Shown: positions 24,621 through 37,905, numbered from the stretch's first letter. The stretch is 64,000 bases of DNA from Narcine bancroftii (GCF_036971445.1 NC_091472.1:91636001-91700000), one strand, 5' to 3'. Notes: generated by a model not told the origin, from the letters alone. Program-made: numbers and translations.

Positions 24621-27600
24621 GATACAGACCTTTGTGAGGGTTTTCGCGCACCTTTAATATCAGAATAGGGATCTCTGGGCAAGGAACCAGGCAGGAATTC
24701 TCATTGAAAACCCTTTCACCTTAATGTGCAAAATTCGTTCATCCGAAGTTTTCGCTATCTTTGTCCTATGAAGTGCTGAGATTTTATTTTCCTCCAAAAT
24801 TCAGACTTGCAAGCCAGGCGATTTGGGAGAAAACGGTGTGGGATTTTCCAGTGTTAGATTGCATCAGGTTTGAGTGCATAAACAGCCAATCGTGCTGCAT
24901 ACCTGGATTTTTTTTTTAAATGCCTCGAAGGGCTTTGCAGACGTTTACCACCCTTCCTGTCAAGATGAAATCTGAGATCAGATCAGCTCTTGTAATAAAA
25001 ATGGTCGGTCAGTGCGAAAGGCAAACGTTTTATTGGATAGTAGGAAAATAGCGCTGCTTCTCTCTCCCCAGTTTAAATCCGCCCCACGCCTTCGGAAAAT
25101 CTGATGCCAGAGAACAAGGATCGCGTGTGAAGTTGTCAATGGTGCGTGTTTGTAACCCAGAAGAGACTGCAGAGCGGCGGTTTGTCGGGGTGACAATGCA
25201 ACTCGTTAATTGTGAGGCCACAATTTCTACTGAACCCCCCCCCCACCTCTGATCGAGACGCATGGGTTCATTTGTTTAGCAAATTGTCCGTAGCTTGTTT
25301 CGTGCATCATGTCAAGTTCCAAAGCTGTTGATCATAAATTTCAATGTGAAGAAACAGCCAAACCCAACCCCACCTTCACCGCCGCCAACGTCATTTCGGT
25401 TTCATTCAGATGCCCTTTTTCACCATACACTAAGTGGCTAATAACAATACGTGGTTTCGATCGCTGCCCTATAAAAAAACGACTTTTACTTTGATAAACT
25501 TACACCTCGGTTGGTCTGAATAAACAAAGTAATGGTAAACATACAGGGCTTGTCCACTCCTGTTTACCACCTAATCCCGACCCTAGCCCCTAGTAACGGT
25601 TTAGGAATTTCCATCTGCAGGCAAGATGCGTATTTGATCCCGCCAGATTTCACTCACTGACAGGCAATAACTGTTTTGCTCTTGGTTACCTGTGAATAGC
25701 AGGGGGGGGGGGGGGGGGGCTGCTGGCGAGAGCGGCCGAGGCCAAGAAGAGCGAAAGAACGCGATAAGGGAGATCACTTGGTGGTGGCAATTGTTGAAGA
25801 GCTTCAGAATGTTCAAAGCAAAAGGCACTGTGCAACCGTTAGGAAATGATCGGATAAAGCACACGAGCAAATATTTTGTAACAAGCGAAGACTTCTTGGA
25901 ACTTTTGCTTAAACTGAATGAAGAAAAGATATTGGCTTGTGTGGAAAACTGCGTGGGGAGCTTTCCTTCCCCTTCAGAAACAAACCGCGTGTCGGATGCT
26001 TATGAGTGGCATTTTTATTTCCAAGTTACATCATTGCTGTTGGTTTGTTGGCATGGCAATAGGAAGGAGCAGAAGGAGATCCAAGTCATCCGCGCCATGA
26101 CAGGTACCGATGAATGTCGAATCAACGTGCCCAATCCGCTCAACTCGCCCCTAATATAAGAACATGAACGGCAGGGCTGCCCCTAGAAGATCAATGGGGA
26201 AACTCTCAATTACAACCTATCAACTCCCACTTCAAAGGGATAACAGAGTTGCTCCAAAGTCCGCAATGTTGACACCTGCGAGCGTTGGCATCACTAAGGG
26301 GTGCGGAGGTGCGGTCCGCACTGGGCGGCACCAGCAGAGAGGGTGACAACAAAATGAAAATGATGGTGCAGTTTCAGAAGAAATGTATTGTTTTTTTAAA
26401 AATAAAAATATCTCTGTAGTTAGTTCTAACAAAAACATTTTTCGTCAGCCCAGTTTATATGTATCAAGGCTAAAACTCGAGGCTCATTTACTTTTTGAAC
26501 CTTCTTATGCGTTCCAATCAGAGCTGTCATTGTTACCCAATTACAATGACGCTTCGAATCACGTGGTTTCGCTCTCACGCTACAAGCCCATGCTGTTGTT
26601 TTCATTGCTGCTTTTGTCAATTTTTCTGGTGTTTTAGCTACAATATTGTGGTAATTAGTATTTGAGAATCTATATCAATAACTTTTTTGAGAATGAAGTA
26701 GTAATTAAAGGAAAAGAAGGAGAAAAATAAAAAAAAAGGTTTCTGCTCAGTTACTAAGTTTATCTCACTACTATTACCATTATATGAGATAGATGGAATT
26801 CCAATTTACTGGAGGAGGCCCGTGGGTGGGTGACACCACGAGTTACCAACCCTAGTGACACCACTGCCTGCAAGGATACTGAAATCAGAGTTAATGCTTC
26901 AGGCCAAAGAACCTTCATCAGAACAGTGTTCACAGTAAAAGGTCAGAGAGACATCTACAACCTCAAATGTTAACCCTTTTTCTTCCTCTGGTTGTTGTCT
27001 GACCTACTGAATATTTCCAACATTCTTTCTTTAATTTTAGATCTCTAGCATTTTCAATTCTGATTTTCAAAGATGCACAAGTTTTACCCTTATAATGCTC
27101 ATGTGTATTGAAGAACTGAATGGATGGAGAGTGAGGTAAATGAGAATGGAATGAAGATGAGCCAGAGAGACTGTAATAAATTGGATAAAACTGACCACTT
27201 GGTAATTGCAGTGTTACAATGAAGGAAGTAAACAATGAAGAGCTACATCTAATTTTTACATCACAGGATCTATGTGTCGAATTATAATGAACCACAGTTT
27301 CCATCAAAGATCTGTCACATGCATATTTAAATTGCATGTGGGTCGCTAATATTTGCGAGTTTGCATCTTACTGGTTTCTGAGAGTGCATAAATAGTTTCT
27401 ATGCATTTGTTATGATGCATGACCATAAGTACGGAGGAAGAAAATGTTGGCTTGCTAGAAATATTCAGGCAGCCACACAAACATAAATGGTGATCTATTT
27501 CCAAGGGTAGAATGATTAGAAAGAAATCTGCTGATAGTGCCTGCTGCCCTTGTCTTTCTTTGCAGTAGAGTTTGAGGGGTTGGAAAATGTTTGTGAGCTT

Positions 27601-28892
27601 TTACTACAAGAGATGTGAATAGCATGTTTGACATTTCTGGGAAATTCAGGAGGAATGAAGGATTAGAATGCACCATAGTCAAAATTAATAAGAAGTTGAG
27701 ATTAGAAAAGGTAATGTCACCAACGACTGATAAATTTCAATGACCTAATAGCTTTTCAGGGTTTTTTTTTAAATAAAGCAATAGAAAGTCACAAATGTTT
27801 TAGTTTAAGATTTCCAAAGCTGTTTTGATTCAGGGATTTTTTTTCCTTTTGGTTGGAAAATTACAATTGTGAGAAAGGCGAGACAGAAATCAGGGTTATA
27901 ATCTTAAATTATAAAGCTCATAATTTCAAATTTGTTGTGTTTAATTTCAGGAATGATCAGAGTGATTGATCACTTTGAGAAAATAAAACTGATTAGAGAC
28001 TCAAAATGGATTTGTCTCTTCTGGCTATCCACCCCATAAGATGATGATGGGTCCTTTCAGTCAGTTTGTGGGGTTTGATATGAGGATACCCCACTCCTCA
28101 GAAAGGAACAGTGCGTGCATGAATGGATTTAGGTGAGTAAGGGTTGCACAGGTCTAGACTCAACCTCTCGACATCCCCTCCAAGATCCAGTGGCATGGCG
28201 AGGTCCAAGGCAGCTGGAGGGTGTTCTGTTGCAATGACTGAGCTTCAATGCAGGGGATGCCCTTTCCATGCTTCATAGCATGTTTGCTAGATGGCTGTTG
28301 ACCCTACATGAGGATACATCCGGCCTTTAACAGATCTTGCTTATCATCCTGCAGGATGTCTAGCCACCTTCGATGGATTTGTAAAGATTAGATGATTACT
28401 TAATAATCTCATTGAACTTTTGAGGAGCTAATAAATGAATATATTTTCATGCATTGGACTTTCAGAAGGCACTTAATATAGTTCCATACAAGAGATTGTT
28501 ATTTAAAGTGAACATTGTGGAATATAAGACGATTGCTTGGCTTGGTTAGGACAGAGAAGGAGATAGAAAGCAGGGTGTTATGTCAATACCCAAATTAGAA
28601 CTGATTAGTGGATCTCAACTGTAGAATGTATTTATTTACATAAACCAATTTGCTGATGATAAAAAGATCAATGATGTAGCAAATGGTATAGATAGATTAC
28701 AAAATTACAATGATACATTGATATAGATTAAAGGAGCAGGCAGAACTGAGGCAGATGGATTTCAGTGAAGATAATTGAAAGGCTATTCATTTAAATGAAG
28801 AAGAGAAAACATCTGAAGTACTGAAATGGTTGGGGTCTGTGTATAGCATTCATTAACATGTCATCATTATATACAAACTGGACAAAAACATT

Positions 28893-29703
28893 CTTCTTCT
28901 TTGGCTTGGCTTCGCGGACGAAGATTTATGGAGGGGGTAAAAGTCCACGTCAGCTGCAGGCTTGTTTGTGGCTGACAAGTCCGATGCGGGACAGGCAGAC
29001 ACGGTTGCAGCGGCTGCAGGGGAAAAATGGTTGGTTGGGGTTGGGTGTTGGGTTTTTCCTCCTTTGCCTTTTGTCAGTGAGGTGGGCTCTGCAGTCTTCT
29101 TCAAAGGAGGTTGCTGCCCGCCAAACTGTGAGGCGCCAAGATGCACGGTTTGAGGCGATATCAGCCCACTGGCGGTAGTCAATGTGGCAGGCACCAAGAG
29201 ATTTCTTTAGGCAGTCCTTGTACCTTTTCTTTGGTGCACCTCTGTCATGGTGGCCAGTGGAGAGCTCGCCATATAACACGATCTTGGGAAGGCGATGGTC
29301 CTCCATTCTGGAGACGTGACCCACCCAGCGCAGCTGGATCTTCAGCAGTGTGGACTCGATGCTGTCGACCTCTGCCATCTCGAGTACTTCGACGTTAGGG
29401 ATGAAAGCGCTCCAATGGATGTTGAGGATGGAGCGGAGACAACGCTGGTGGAAGCGTTCTAGGAGCCGTAGGTGATGCCGGTAGAGGACCCATGATTCGG
29501 AGCCGAACAGGAGTGTGGGTATGACAACGGCTCTGTATACGCTTATCTTTGTGAGGTTTTTCAGTTGGTTGTTTTTCCAGACTCTTTTGTGTAGTCTTCC
29601 AAAGGTGCTATTTGCCTTGGCGAGTCTATTGTCTATCTCATTGTCGATCCTTGCATCTGATGATATGGTGCAGCCGAGATATCTCGGCTGCACCATATCA
29701 TCA
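28893..29703 (-). mobile_element. RTE LINE, 5'-truncated, with fold-back 5' junction
   Basis: Uninterrupted 248-aa RT C-terminal frame; (GAA)n tail; TSD ACAAAAACATT at 28882-28892 and 29703-29713. Confidence 0.93.
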
Positions 29704-30289
29704 CAAAAACATTAATGGAATGGAATTGGTGATTGGTTCATGAGGATCAGGAAAATCTTTGGCTGTTTCCAATGCAGACCCACTGAATGCATGTGCAAAT
29801 CAATAACTTATTCTTTTGTCAGATCACATTAGTATATATTACCTATAATAACCAGATCTGCCAATCTCCATGTCCCCAACCCTTTCACTCTCGGCCTCTC
29901 CACATCCATCTATATTTGCTTATGCTGGGCATCAATTAAATGCAATTTTTCACTGTTTCAGAGTTCTGAAGACCTTTATTCAGATGTAGCTTCAATACTG
30001 ATCCATAGGGAATTCAATCAACAGCATCCACACTCAGTTTCAAGGTTTGTATGTCAAGTCCTGTTTAAAATCCAAGTATGTAGTGTCTATTATCCCATCA
30101 TTACACAGTTTTAAGCGTGTCAGCCGCAGCTCAATTGGCAATTGGTTCAAATCTTCTCTGGAAACAAAATTGACACACCAGGGATGAAATTGCACTGTTG
30201 AAAACTATCATTGTGAAGGACAATAAACCAAGAGCCTGTCTGCCCTGTAAGAGGATGCAAAGCCTCCCAGATTAAAACTTTACCATAAT

Positions 30290-31235
30290 GCAGCACTGTT
30301 ATGCTCAGCACTGGCGCTCTGCAGGGCTGTGAGCTCAGCCCACTTTTGTTCATGTGATTACTTCATCAGATCCAGCTCCAATAGTGTCATTAAGTTTGCA
30401 GAGTTGGCTTCATCAGAAACAATGATGAGTTCCACTGCAGAGAAGAAGAGGAAAATCTCATGATATGGTGCAAGAGTGACAACCTGAGTCTCAACATGGA
30501 CAAGACAAAGGAGATGATCATGGACTTCCGGAGGACCAAGAATGGCTACCATCCACTGCACATCAACAACTTTGTAGAAGAGAAACCTATTGTGGACATA
30601 CAACATCTCCTCACTTGTCAGGAAAGTGTACAGTGTCTGTATTTCCTGGGAAGACTGAAGAGAGCAAGACAACTGACCACCATTATGTCAACCTTCTATG
30701 GGAGCTCTATTGAGAGTGTCCTGATCAGCTGTATCACAGTGTGGTACAGTTGCTGCAGAGAAATATATCAGAGGTCATTCTACAGGACCATAAGAGTGAC
30801 GGAAAAGATCAATGGAGTCTCCCCCCAACCCATCCCCCCTCCACCACATCGACGTGATGTATCAGGATCATTGTCTGAAGAGAAATCATTGAGGACCCCT
30901 TCCACCTTGCACATAACATCTTTCAGCTGCTCCCAATGGGAAAGAGATACAGGAGTATCAGAGCCAGGACCAACAGGCTGAGGAACAGCTTCTTCCTATG
31001 GGCAGTGAGAATGCTGACTGACCAAAGGAACTGTTCACAATAACCATCCGAGACTCTCATATCCATTAAACAAATTTTTTTAAATTTATTTGTGTATATG
31101 AATACTTATCCTGAATATGTATTGTTTGTCTGTATGAGTGTTGTGTGTGTGCCTGCATGTTTTGCACCGAGGACTGGAGAATGCTGTTTTGTCGGGTTGT
31201 ATTTGTGCAATCAGATGACAATAAACTTGATTTGA
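30290..31235 (+). mobile_element. Rex1/Babar-like LINE 3' part
   Basis: GALQGCELSPLLF, WCKSDNLSLNMDKTKEMIMDFR, IESVLISCITVWY; tail GACAATAAACTTGATTTGA. Confidence 0.75.
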
Positions 31236-31914
31236 TTTTTTTAAAATTTGACTTAAAAGAAAAACAAAGCTGAAGAGGGGATTAATAACTAAATAATGGC
31301 TTTTAATATTAGTTGGACGACAGCTAATATCACCTGAGTGTTTGAGGAAAATAGCTTTGCACGTACAGTATTGGATGCATAGTTCCCCATGTTTCAACAG
31401 TGATTACTGCAAAAAGTGTTGAATTGACCACAAATCTCTTTTAATTGTGAAAAGTACTTAACAAATGAAAATTTTGCTTTTTATTGAAAGCAGTTAATTG
31501 TCAAACATAATCTCTCACCCCAAAAGCCATGTTGGATACTGCCACCAACGTGTCCTGCAAGATTATTTTCTCCATTGTCCTTTGAATTGTTGCAAGATAC
31601 TTAATCACAAATGATGTGAAATGTATAAATCTGTTGAAATGCCAGTGTAAAGACAGTCAGGGTTCCAGCTGTGTCAGAGGAGGTGGGTTCTAGTTCTGTT
31701 CTAGAGTTTGGTGCACAACATTGTAGGTCCATAATTCAATTCAGAAATGAGGATGAGTGTGTTCCTGGAGAGTAAATATCTTTTAAATTAGGAATTAAAC
31801 CATTGCCCCATCTACTCTTTTGTGTGAATGGAAATGATCCCACAGCAATATTTCAAAGGATAACAGAGGAGTTATCAATATTTGTTTCACTTCCAACATA
31901 TCTAAAATACAATT

Positions 31915-32760
31915 TACAATGCTGGTCAGATTTATTTGTAGATAGTATGACTACCTTAATTAATTCTACATATAGACTGATTTATTATAATTTTCTGTGC
32001 CAATTATATCTCACACCTCAAAAGATACATAAAAATAAACCAGAATTTTCTTTTAGGTGTGGTATAGATGTTGGTATTTTTTACATTCTATCTGGTTATG
32101 CATGAAATTAAGACCATTCTGGATAGAATTGGAGAAATGTTGACAAAAATTGTGGGGTGAACTTCCCTCTAGACCCAGAATCATTTCTTCTGGGGAATTT
32201 GGCAGTTATACAAGTTAACTTCTCCAGAAGTAAATCTAAATTTATTAAAAATTTTGTTGTCAATAGCCAGGAAATATATAGCGGTAACATGGAAATCCAA
32301 TTCCCTACTTCATAATTGATCATTGGAACATGAAAGTACAAAGTTGTAATCCCCTTGAGATTACTTATAGTTTTAGGAATAGATAAAGTATGTTCATCGA
32401 AATTTGGCAAACTTATTTAGATTTGCTTAAATGCCCATATTGTATAACATATTTTGATATTTGTCAATTAGTTATACACCTTATTAGAAATGTAATACTT
32501 TTAAAATGATGTGACTCTGAGATGTCAAACCTTGCTCCTGTACCTTTATCTTTCTTTTTATCTCTCTCTATTCCCTGCTGTCTGTTCCCTTTTCTTTTGA
32601 ATCTGGGGAGGGGACGCTGGGAGAAGAGGGACTCTCCTTTCCTTTTTATTTTTTTCAAACCTTATGAATGTTTTTCTATGATTTAATATTCAATGTATTA
32701 TTGTTATTATATTAATTGAGTCCTATATTCTCTTAAAACTTAAATATTCAAACAAACATT
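31915..32760 (+). mobile_element. L1 3' fragment
   Basis: YRLIYYNFLCQLYLTPQK and a KIW end motif; similar to 960-1430; ends approximate. Confidence 0.6.
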
Positions 32761-32966
32761 TCTAAAATACTGATAATTTGCCCATGATCACATTGCCGTT
32801 TGTGGTACACTTGATCTGATCAAATTATTATATTTCACCAACACTTTGTTAGTTATAAAGCCCATATAGATGATACTGAAAAAGAGTTATTTTTTTCTGT
32901 TATGTCCAGCCAAAGTGGGTCATGTCTTATGAGAGACATTTGCTAGATGAAGTTTTAATGAAGGGC

Positions 32967-33251
32967 TGTGGCAATGCACATTCTTGTAGGGGAAAACCAG
33001 CCCCACTTATCACGCATGGTCGGCGGGACAGATGCAGTAAGGATGGCATCGCGTAACTGTCTCTTCCGGTCCAGACTGGAAGATTGCATTTGCACTTGCG
33101 TCATCGGGATGTAAGCGTCGGGATGTTAGGAGCGGGACTGAGAAGGGGCTTAAAAGCTGCAGTGGGAGATTCAAATTAAAACAGTCGTGACAGCGGAGCT
33201 CACAGCCTGTTGTCTCAGTCTCTTCGCTGTGCTCACTCACAACCCGCTACA
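32967..33251 (+). mobile_element. Solo LTR
   Basis: TGTGGC..GCTACA termini, 4-bp TSD GGGC, internal CTTAAAA and ATTAAA; CpG-rich. Confidence 0.75.
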
Positions 33252-35455
33252 GGGCTATCGATCTGAAATATCTTTGTTCTCTCTGCAGATGCTGCCTAAC
33301 CTGTGTGTATCTCCAGTATTTTGTTTATTTATGATTTCCATCATCTGTAGTTTTTTGTTTGGAGAATTACATTGAATTTATTCAACAGCTTCTTAAATTT
33401 TACTTCTCTGTGGAGTTTGCTAGATAGTCCCTTCCATAGACCATGTTATTAGCCACAAGGTAAAAGGATTGCAAACATTAAGTTATAGTACATCATTTCA
33501 TATTGGAGATCTACTCACTCATGTCATTTTTTAATGTGTATTGTGTGTGTATTTGTGTGCACCATAATCCAGAGAAATGCAGCCAGATGAAAATAAACGT
33601 ACTTGATCATGGATAGAAAAGCTGCTAGTTGCTGCTGAGCATATGGACCATGAAAATTCCAATCCAGATAAGTCAATCTAGTGTGGGCATCAATTGATGT
33701 CTCTCAATGTCCTTCATCTTTGAAAAAAGATAAAAGCAAAGTTCCTGCCTCTGAGTACTACCTAATAGTCCTTCTTGCAGGAACGTGCTTGTGTATAGGT
33801 ATTGAATAAAGGTGGGAGCGAACATACTGAAAGGGTGTTGTTCATTGGTAAATACTTAAACAACTTGCACGTTGCCTTAGACTAGATGCAAGGGTTGGCA
33901 GTTGCAGCATACGCATCAAGACAAATCGACTTTTAATGTCTTGAATCAAAGGAATAGCTCAGATCTCCCTTTGTTAAAGAGAGCAATGGTTCAGTTCAAG
34001 AATTAATATTTATGATTGGTAAAGAGCATTTTTACAATGAACAAAATAGATTCATGGGTTAGTCAGTCACTCAACCCATGTATCATAGCTACTCAATTCA
34101 AATGATGGCAGAGTCCTACTACTAAAAGTCAAATCATCAGAATTATTGGCTGGATGTACTCAGCTCTGATTAAATAAATAAACCACACATAATCCAAGAA
34201 AAAACATGAGTTCAGTTGAGGTAATCACAAAATATATTTCAACCATGCAGCTGATTTCAATTTCTTGATATTTTTGCTAGAGATCCTCTTTATAATATTC
34301 TTACTTATTGAATAGAAACATAACTTCACACTTACAACTTGATGATTTTGTGCACTCATCAGTGCTCAAAGTCCATTGAACATAAAAAATTGATAGGTAA
34401 GAAAGAGACCAACTGGCACATCAAATCTGTTCAAATCTACTTCATTCATAGTTGGTTTGTGAGCATTGCTGGGCAAACCGATGTTTATTGTCCATCCATT
34501 AATGTCCTTGAGAAAATAATGATGAGCCACCGTCCTGACCCACTGCAATTGTTCTGGTTGAGGTACTCCCACAGTGTTGTTGACTTCCAGAATTTAGATC
34601 TGGTGATGATGAAGGGCTGGTGATATATTTCCAAGCCAGCAATAGTGTGCAATTTGCTGGTGTTTTCATAAAGCTGAAGCCTTTGGGCTTCTTGGTGGTA
34701 GAAGTCAGGTTTGCAAAGTGCATTCAGAATGTAATTTGCTTGCAGATGGTACACACTACAGCCACAATACACCGGTAGTAGAAAGGAGTGATTAGGGTAA
34801 TGGAAAAGCTGCCACCCAACTCAAAACTTCCTCACCCTCTTCCTAAGCTATACAAGCACTATGTTTAGATTTAAAAAAAACAAGAAAATTCCAGAGTTAA
34901 TAATACCTTGGGCAATTTCTCAACCACTCCCTATTACTGCTCATTGTTGTTTTCTTTCAGCCTGTGACCAAGCTTTTCATTTTCTCTGGATGGCAGTCTT
35001 GCTATCACTTTCCAATCTGATGGTTAGCTCCGTGTCCAAAATAATTTGCTGTTCCTCTGCCAGAAGGCCAGAGAAAAGACCAACACAAATGTTAACATTT
35101 CAGTGCAATTCTCAGGGAGAGCTGTATCATTGAATTACTCATTTTTTAATGATAAAATATTAATCCAAAGCTCTTTCTGCTGTCTCAGATGACATAATAT
35201 GAGAAAAAGCAAGAAATTTTATGAGTGTTTTCTGAGATAGTATTAGTCCCTCAATCAGCATTACTAAAACAGAAGTAAAACACTTTGAACTGGAGGAACA
35301 ACAGAATTTATGGAAACTTAGATGGTTGTAAAGGTAAAGGTTTCATTATTGTCAAAATACTACATTTAGAATGTAACATACATGAAATTCTTTAACTTTG
35401 TCTACCATAAGAAAGATAGGGAGCCACCACTTTGTCAAGTGCCCTCACAGAAATG

Positions 35456-35529
35456 AGGCCCCAGCAAGGAACCAATTCGTGACCCCTGGTTTACAAGACC
35501 AGTGCTCTAAGTACTGAGCTATTGGAGGC
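35456..35529 (-). pseudogene. tRNA-Thr(TGT)-derived sequence (pseudogene or SINE head)
   Basis: Minus strand GCCTCCAATAGCTCAGTACTTAGAGCACTGGTCTTGTAAACCAGGGGTCACGAATTGGTTCCTTGCTGGGGCCT; intact anticodon arm CTGGT-CTTGTAA-ACCAG, but D-loop GG and T-loop TTCG are mutated. Confidence 0.8.
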
Positions 35530-36968
35530 TCCACCTATGTTTCATGTCACTTAGAAGAGAGATTGGATCAGTAAACCTCGCATCCATCCTTACATGGAGT
35601 ATATATCTTGAAGTTTAAAAAAAAGCCACAGTCATATTTTCCTAAGGCTACTATCAAGAGACTAGTAAAATATGAATGCCATTACAAGGTTTAAATGAAA
35701 GCATAGTTGCATTTAACTTGAGTCTAGGTAAATTTATGAGGGATCAATGTTTAAAATGTAACAACACAAGAAGCAGGAATAAACCATCTGGCCCTCAGAG
35801 GCTGCTCCCCCACTCATCAAGACCATGGCTAATCTTCCAACCTCGAGCTATTCTCCTGCACTATTCTCCCTTCTTTGTTTCCTATATTATATTGATGGAT
35901 TAGATGGAGATGGGTGAAAAGAGGATCACGTTGAACATTAATACTTTAAATTCTTTAAATTAATTCATTAGGCATAGGCTAATGAATTAATTGGTTTCCA
36001 ATTAATACCTATCTTTATATGCCTTGGAAAGAAAGCAGTTTATCAGCTGGTGCAGTTCTGATGGTAATGATGTACAAACAGTGTTCGATAGAAATTCAAG
36101 GATTTTGGTTAGTGACAATAAAGAATTAACAGTGTATTTCTAAAACTGTGTGTGTCTAACCTTTGAGGTAGAGTAACCTTGAAACAGGAACAGGCTTATT
36201 ACCCTATTAAATAAGATCACAACTGAGCTGTAACTCAACTCCATATACCAGTCTTTTTTCCTAAAACCCATGACACTCTGACTTAACAAAAATCTATATA
36301 CCTCAAATATGGAGGTAATAATTGATTTTGCATCATTTGTCATTTGTGGAACAGAGTTCCAAATTCCATCATTCATCATGTATAAATATGTTTTTTATAA
36401 TAGAGCCTATTTCTCAGGGAAGGGAAATCTAAACTAAAATGCTATGGTCGCACTGTGTCGTGATGAGAGAAAGAAGTAGTCTGACTGGAATGGCGACAAG
36501 CTGGAAAAGCTTTACTGGTTTTTCATGCACACGTTTTCAAAAAAACATTCCCAGGAAATCTTGCATATCTCAGGAGAGAAGTGATGTCCATGGGGCACGT
36601 GATTTTTCGAGCCGGTTCCACATGCATTTAGGTGGGCCGCCACATGGGCCTCCCCCAGAACCAACAATAGGAGGTGAAACGCCCGGTGCCTGAGCTTGCA
36701 CTGGCTGTTTGGGTGGTCACCCTCGACTTCGTGGTGCAAACCCCGTTACCAACCAGTCGAGGTCCAGGTGTGCTGGCTTGGGATGGTTGATAGTAAATGT
36801 CTCTTCATGTCTGCCAAGGTCCAGGACACAAGTTATGCCATTGTGGTGTACCACCCTGAATAGCCCTTCGTAGGGCCACTGTAGAGGAAGTCTGTGCATG
36901 CCTCTCTGCACAAAGACATATGCACAGTACTGTAAGTCCTTGGGCACAAAGATTGGCATAGTACTTGT

Positions 36969-37666
36969 CTTTGGCTTGGCTTCGCGGACGAAGATTTATG
37001 GAGGGGGTAAAAAGTCCACGTCAGCTGCAGGCTCGTTTGTGGCTGACAAGTCCGATGCGGGACAGGCAGACATGGTTGCAGCGGTTGCAGGGGAAAATTG
37101 GTTGGTTGGGGTTGGGTGTTGGGTTTTTCCTCCTTTGCCTTTTGTCAGTGAGGTGGGCTCTGCGGTCTTCTTCAAAGGAGGTTGCTGCCCGCCAAACTGT
37201 GAGGCGCCAAGATGCACGGTTTGAGGCGTTATCAGCCCACTGGCGGTGGTCAATGTGGCAGGCACCAAGAGATTTCTTTAGGCAGTCCTTGTACCTTTTC
37301 TTTGGTGCACCTCTGTCACGGTGGCCAGTGGAGAGCTCACCATATAACACGATCTTGGGAAGGCGATGGTCCTCCATTCTGGAGACGTGACCCATCCAGC
37401 GCAGCTGGATCTTCAGCAGCGTGGACTCGATGCTGTCGACCTCTGCCATCTCGAGTACTTCGACGTTAGGGATGAAAGCGCTCCAATGGATGTTGAGGAT
37501 GGAGCGGAGACAACGCTGGTGGAAGCGTTCTAGGAGCCGTAGGTGGTGCCGGTAGAGGACCCATGATTCGGAGCCGAACAGGAGTGTGGGTATGACAACG
37601 GCTCTGTATACGCTTATCTTTGTGAGGTTTTTCAGTTGGTTGTTTTTCCAGACTCTTTTGTGTAGT
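36969..37666 (-). mobile_element. RTE LINE, 5'-truncated (young family)
   Basis: Near-identical to the other copies; TSD TAGTACTTGT at 36959-36968 and 37663-37672 (microhomology with the element end). Confidence 0.93.
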
Positions 37667-37669
37667 ACT

Positions 37670-37905
37670 TGTAATGCGCGTCGAAAGAACCAAGTCTTTG
37701 GTCCAAACCAAGGCTTTTATTAACTAAAAGACTGGAGCATATCACAAGTAGGTCGACCAGTCCAGAATGACCTGGTCTGGCTAGGAGCAATCCTTTAAAA
37801 CCTGCCAGTAGGTGTGGCTACACTCTCAACCAATCACAATCATCCTACACTACCATCTGTACATATGTACGTATACACATTGGTGATAGAATCTGTACTA
37901 TCACA
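37670..37905 (-). mobile_element. Solo LTR
   Basis: TG..CA termini, flanks GTACT/GTACC, minus-strand TTTAAA and AATAAA. Confidence 0.65.

Noticed and set aside
25692-26159. 155-aa ORF upstream of ovol2
   Set aside because: Starts at GTG, includes a poly-G run and has no recognisable domain; likely a chance ORF in GC-rich DNA.
35456-35529. Functional tRNA-Thr gene
   Set aside because: D-loop GG and T-loop/box B are mutated and the acceptor region has an extra base.
36965-37469. Recurrent ORFs (MHGLRRYQPT.., MRDRQTRLQ.., MVPATLTTAS..) seen at several loci
   Set aside because: Alternative and antisense frames of the repeated RTE 3' end, not a gene family.
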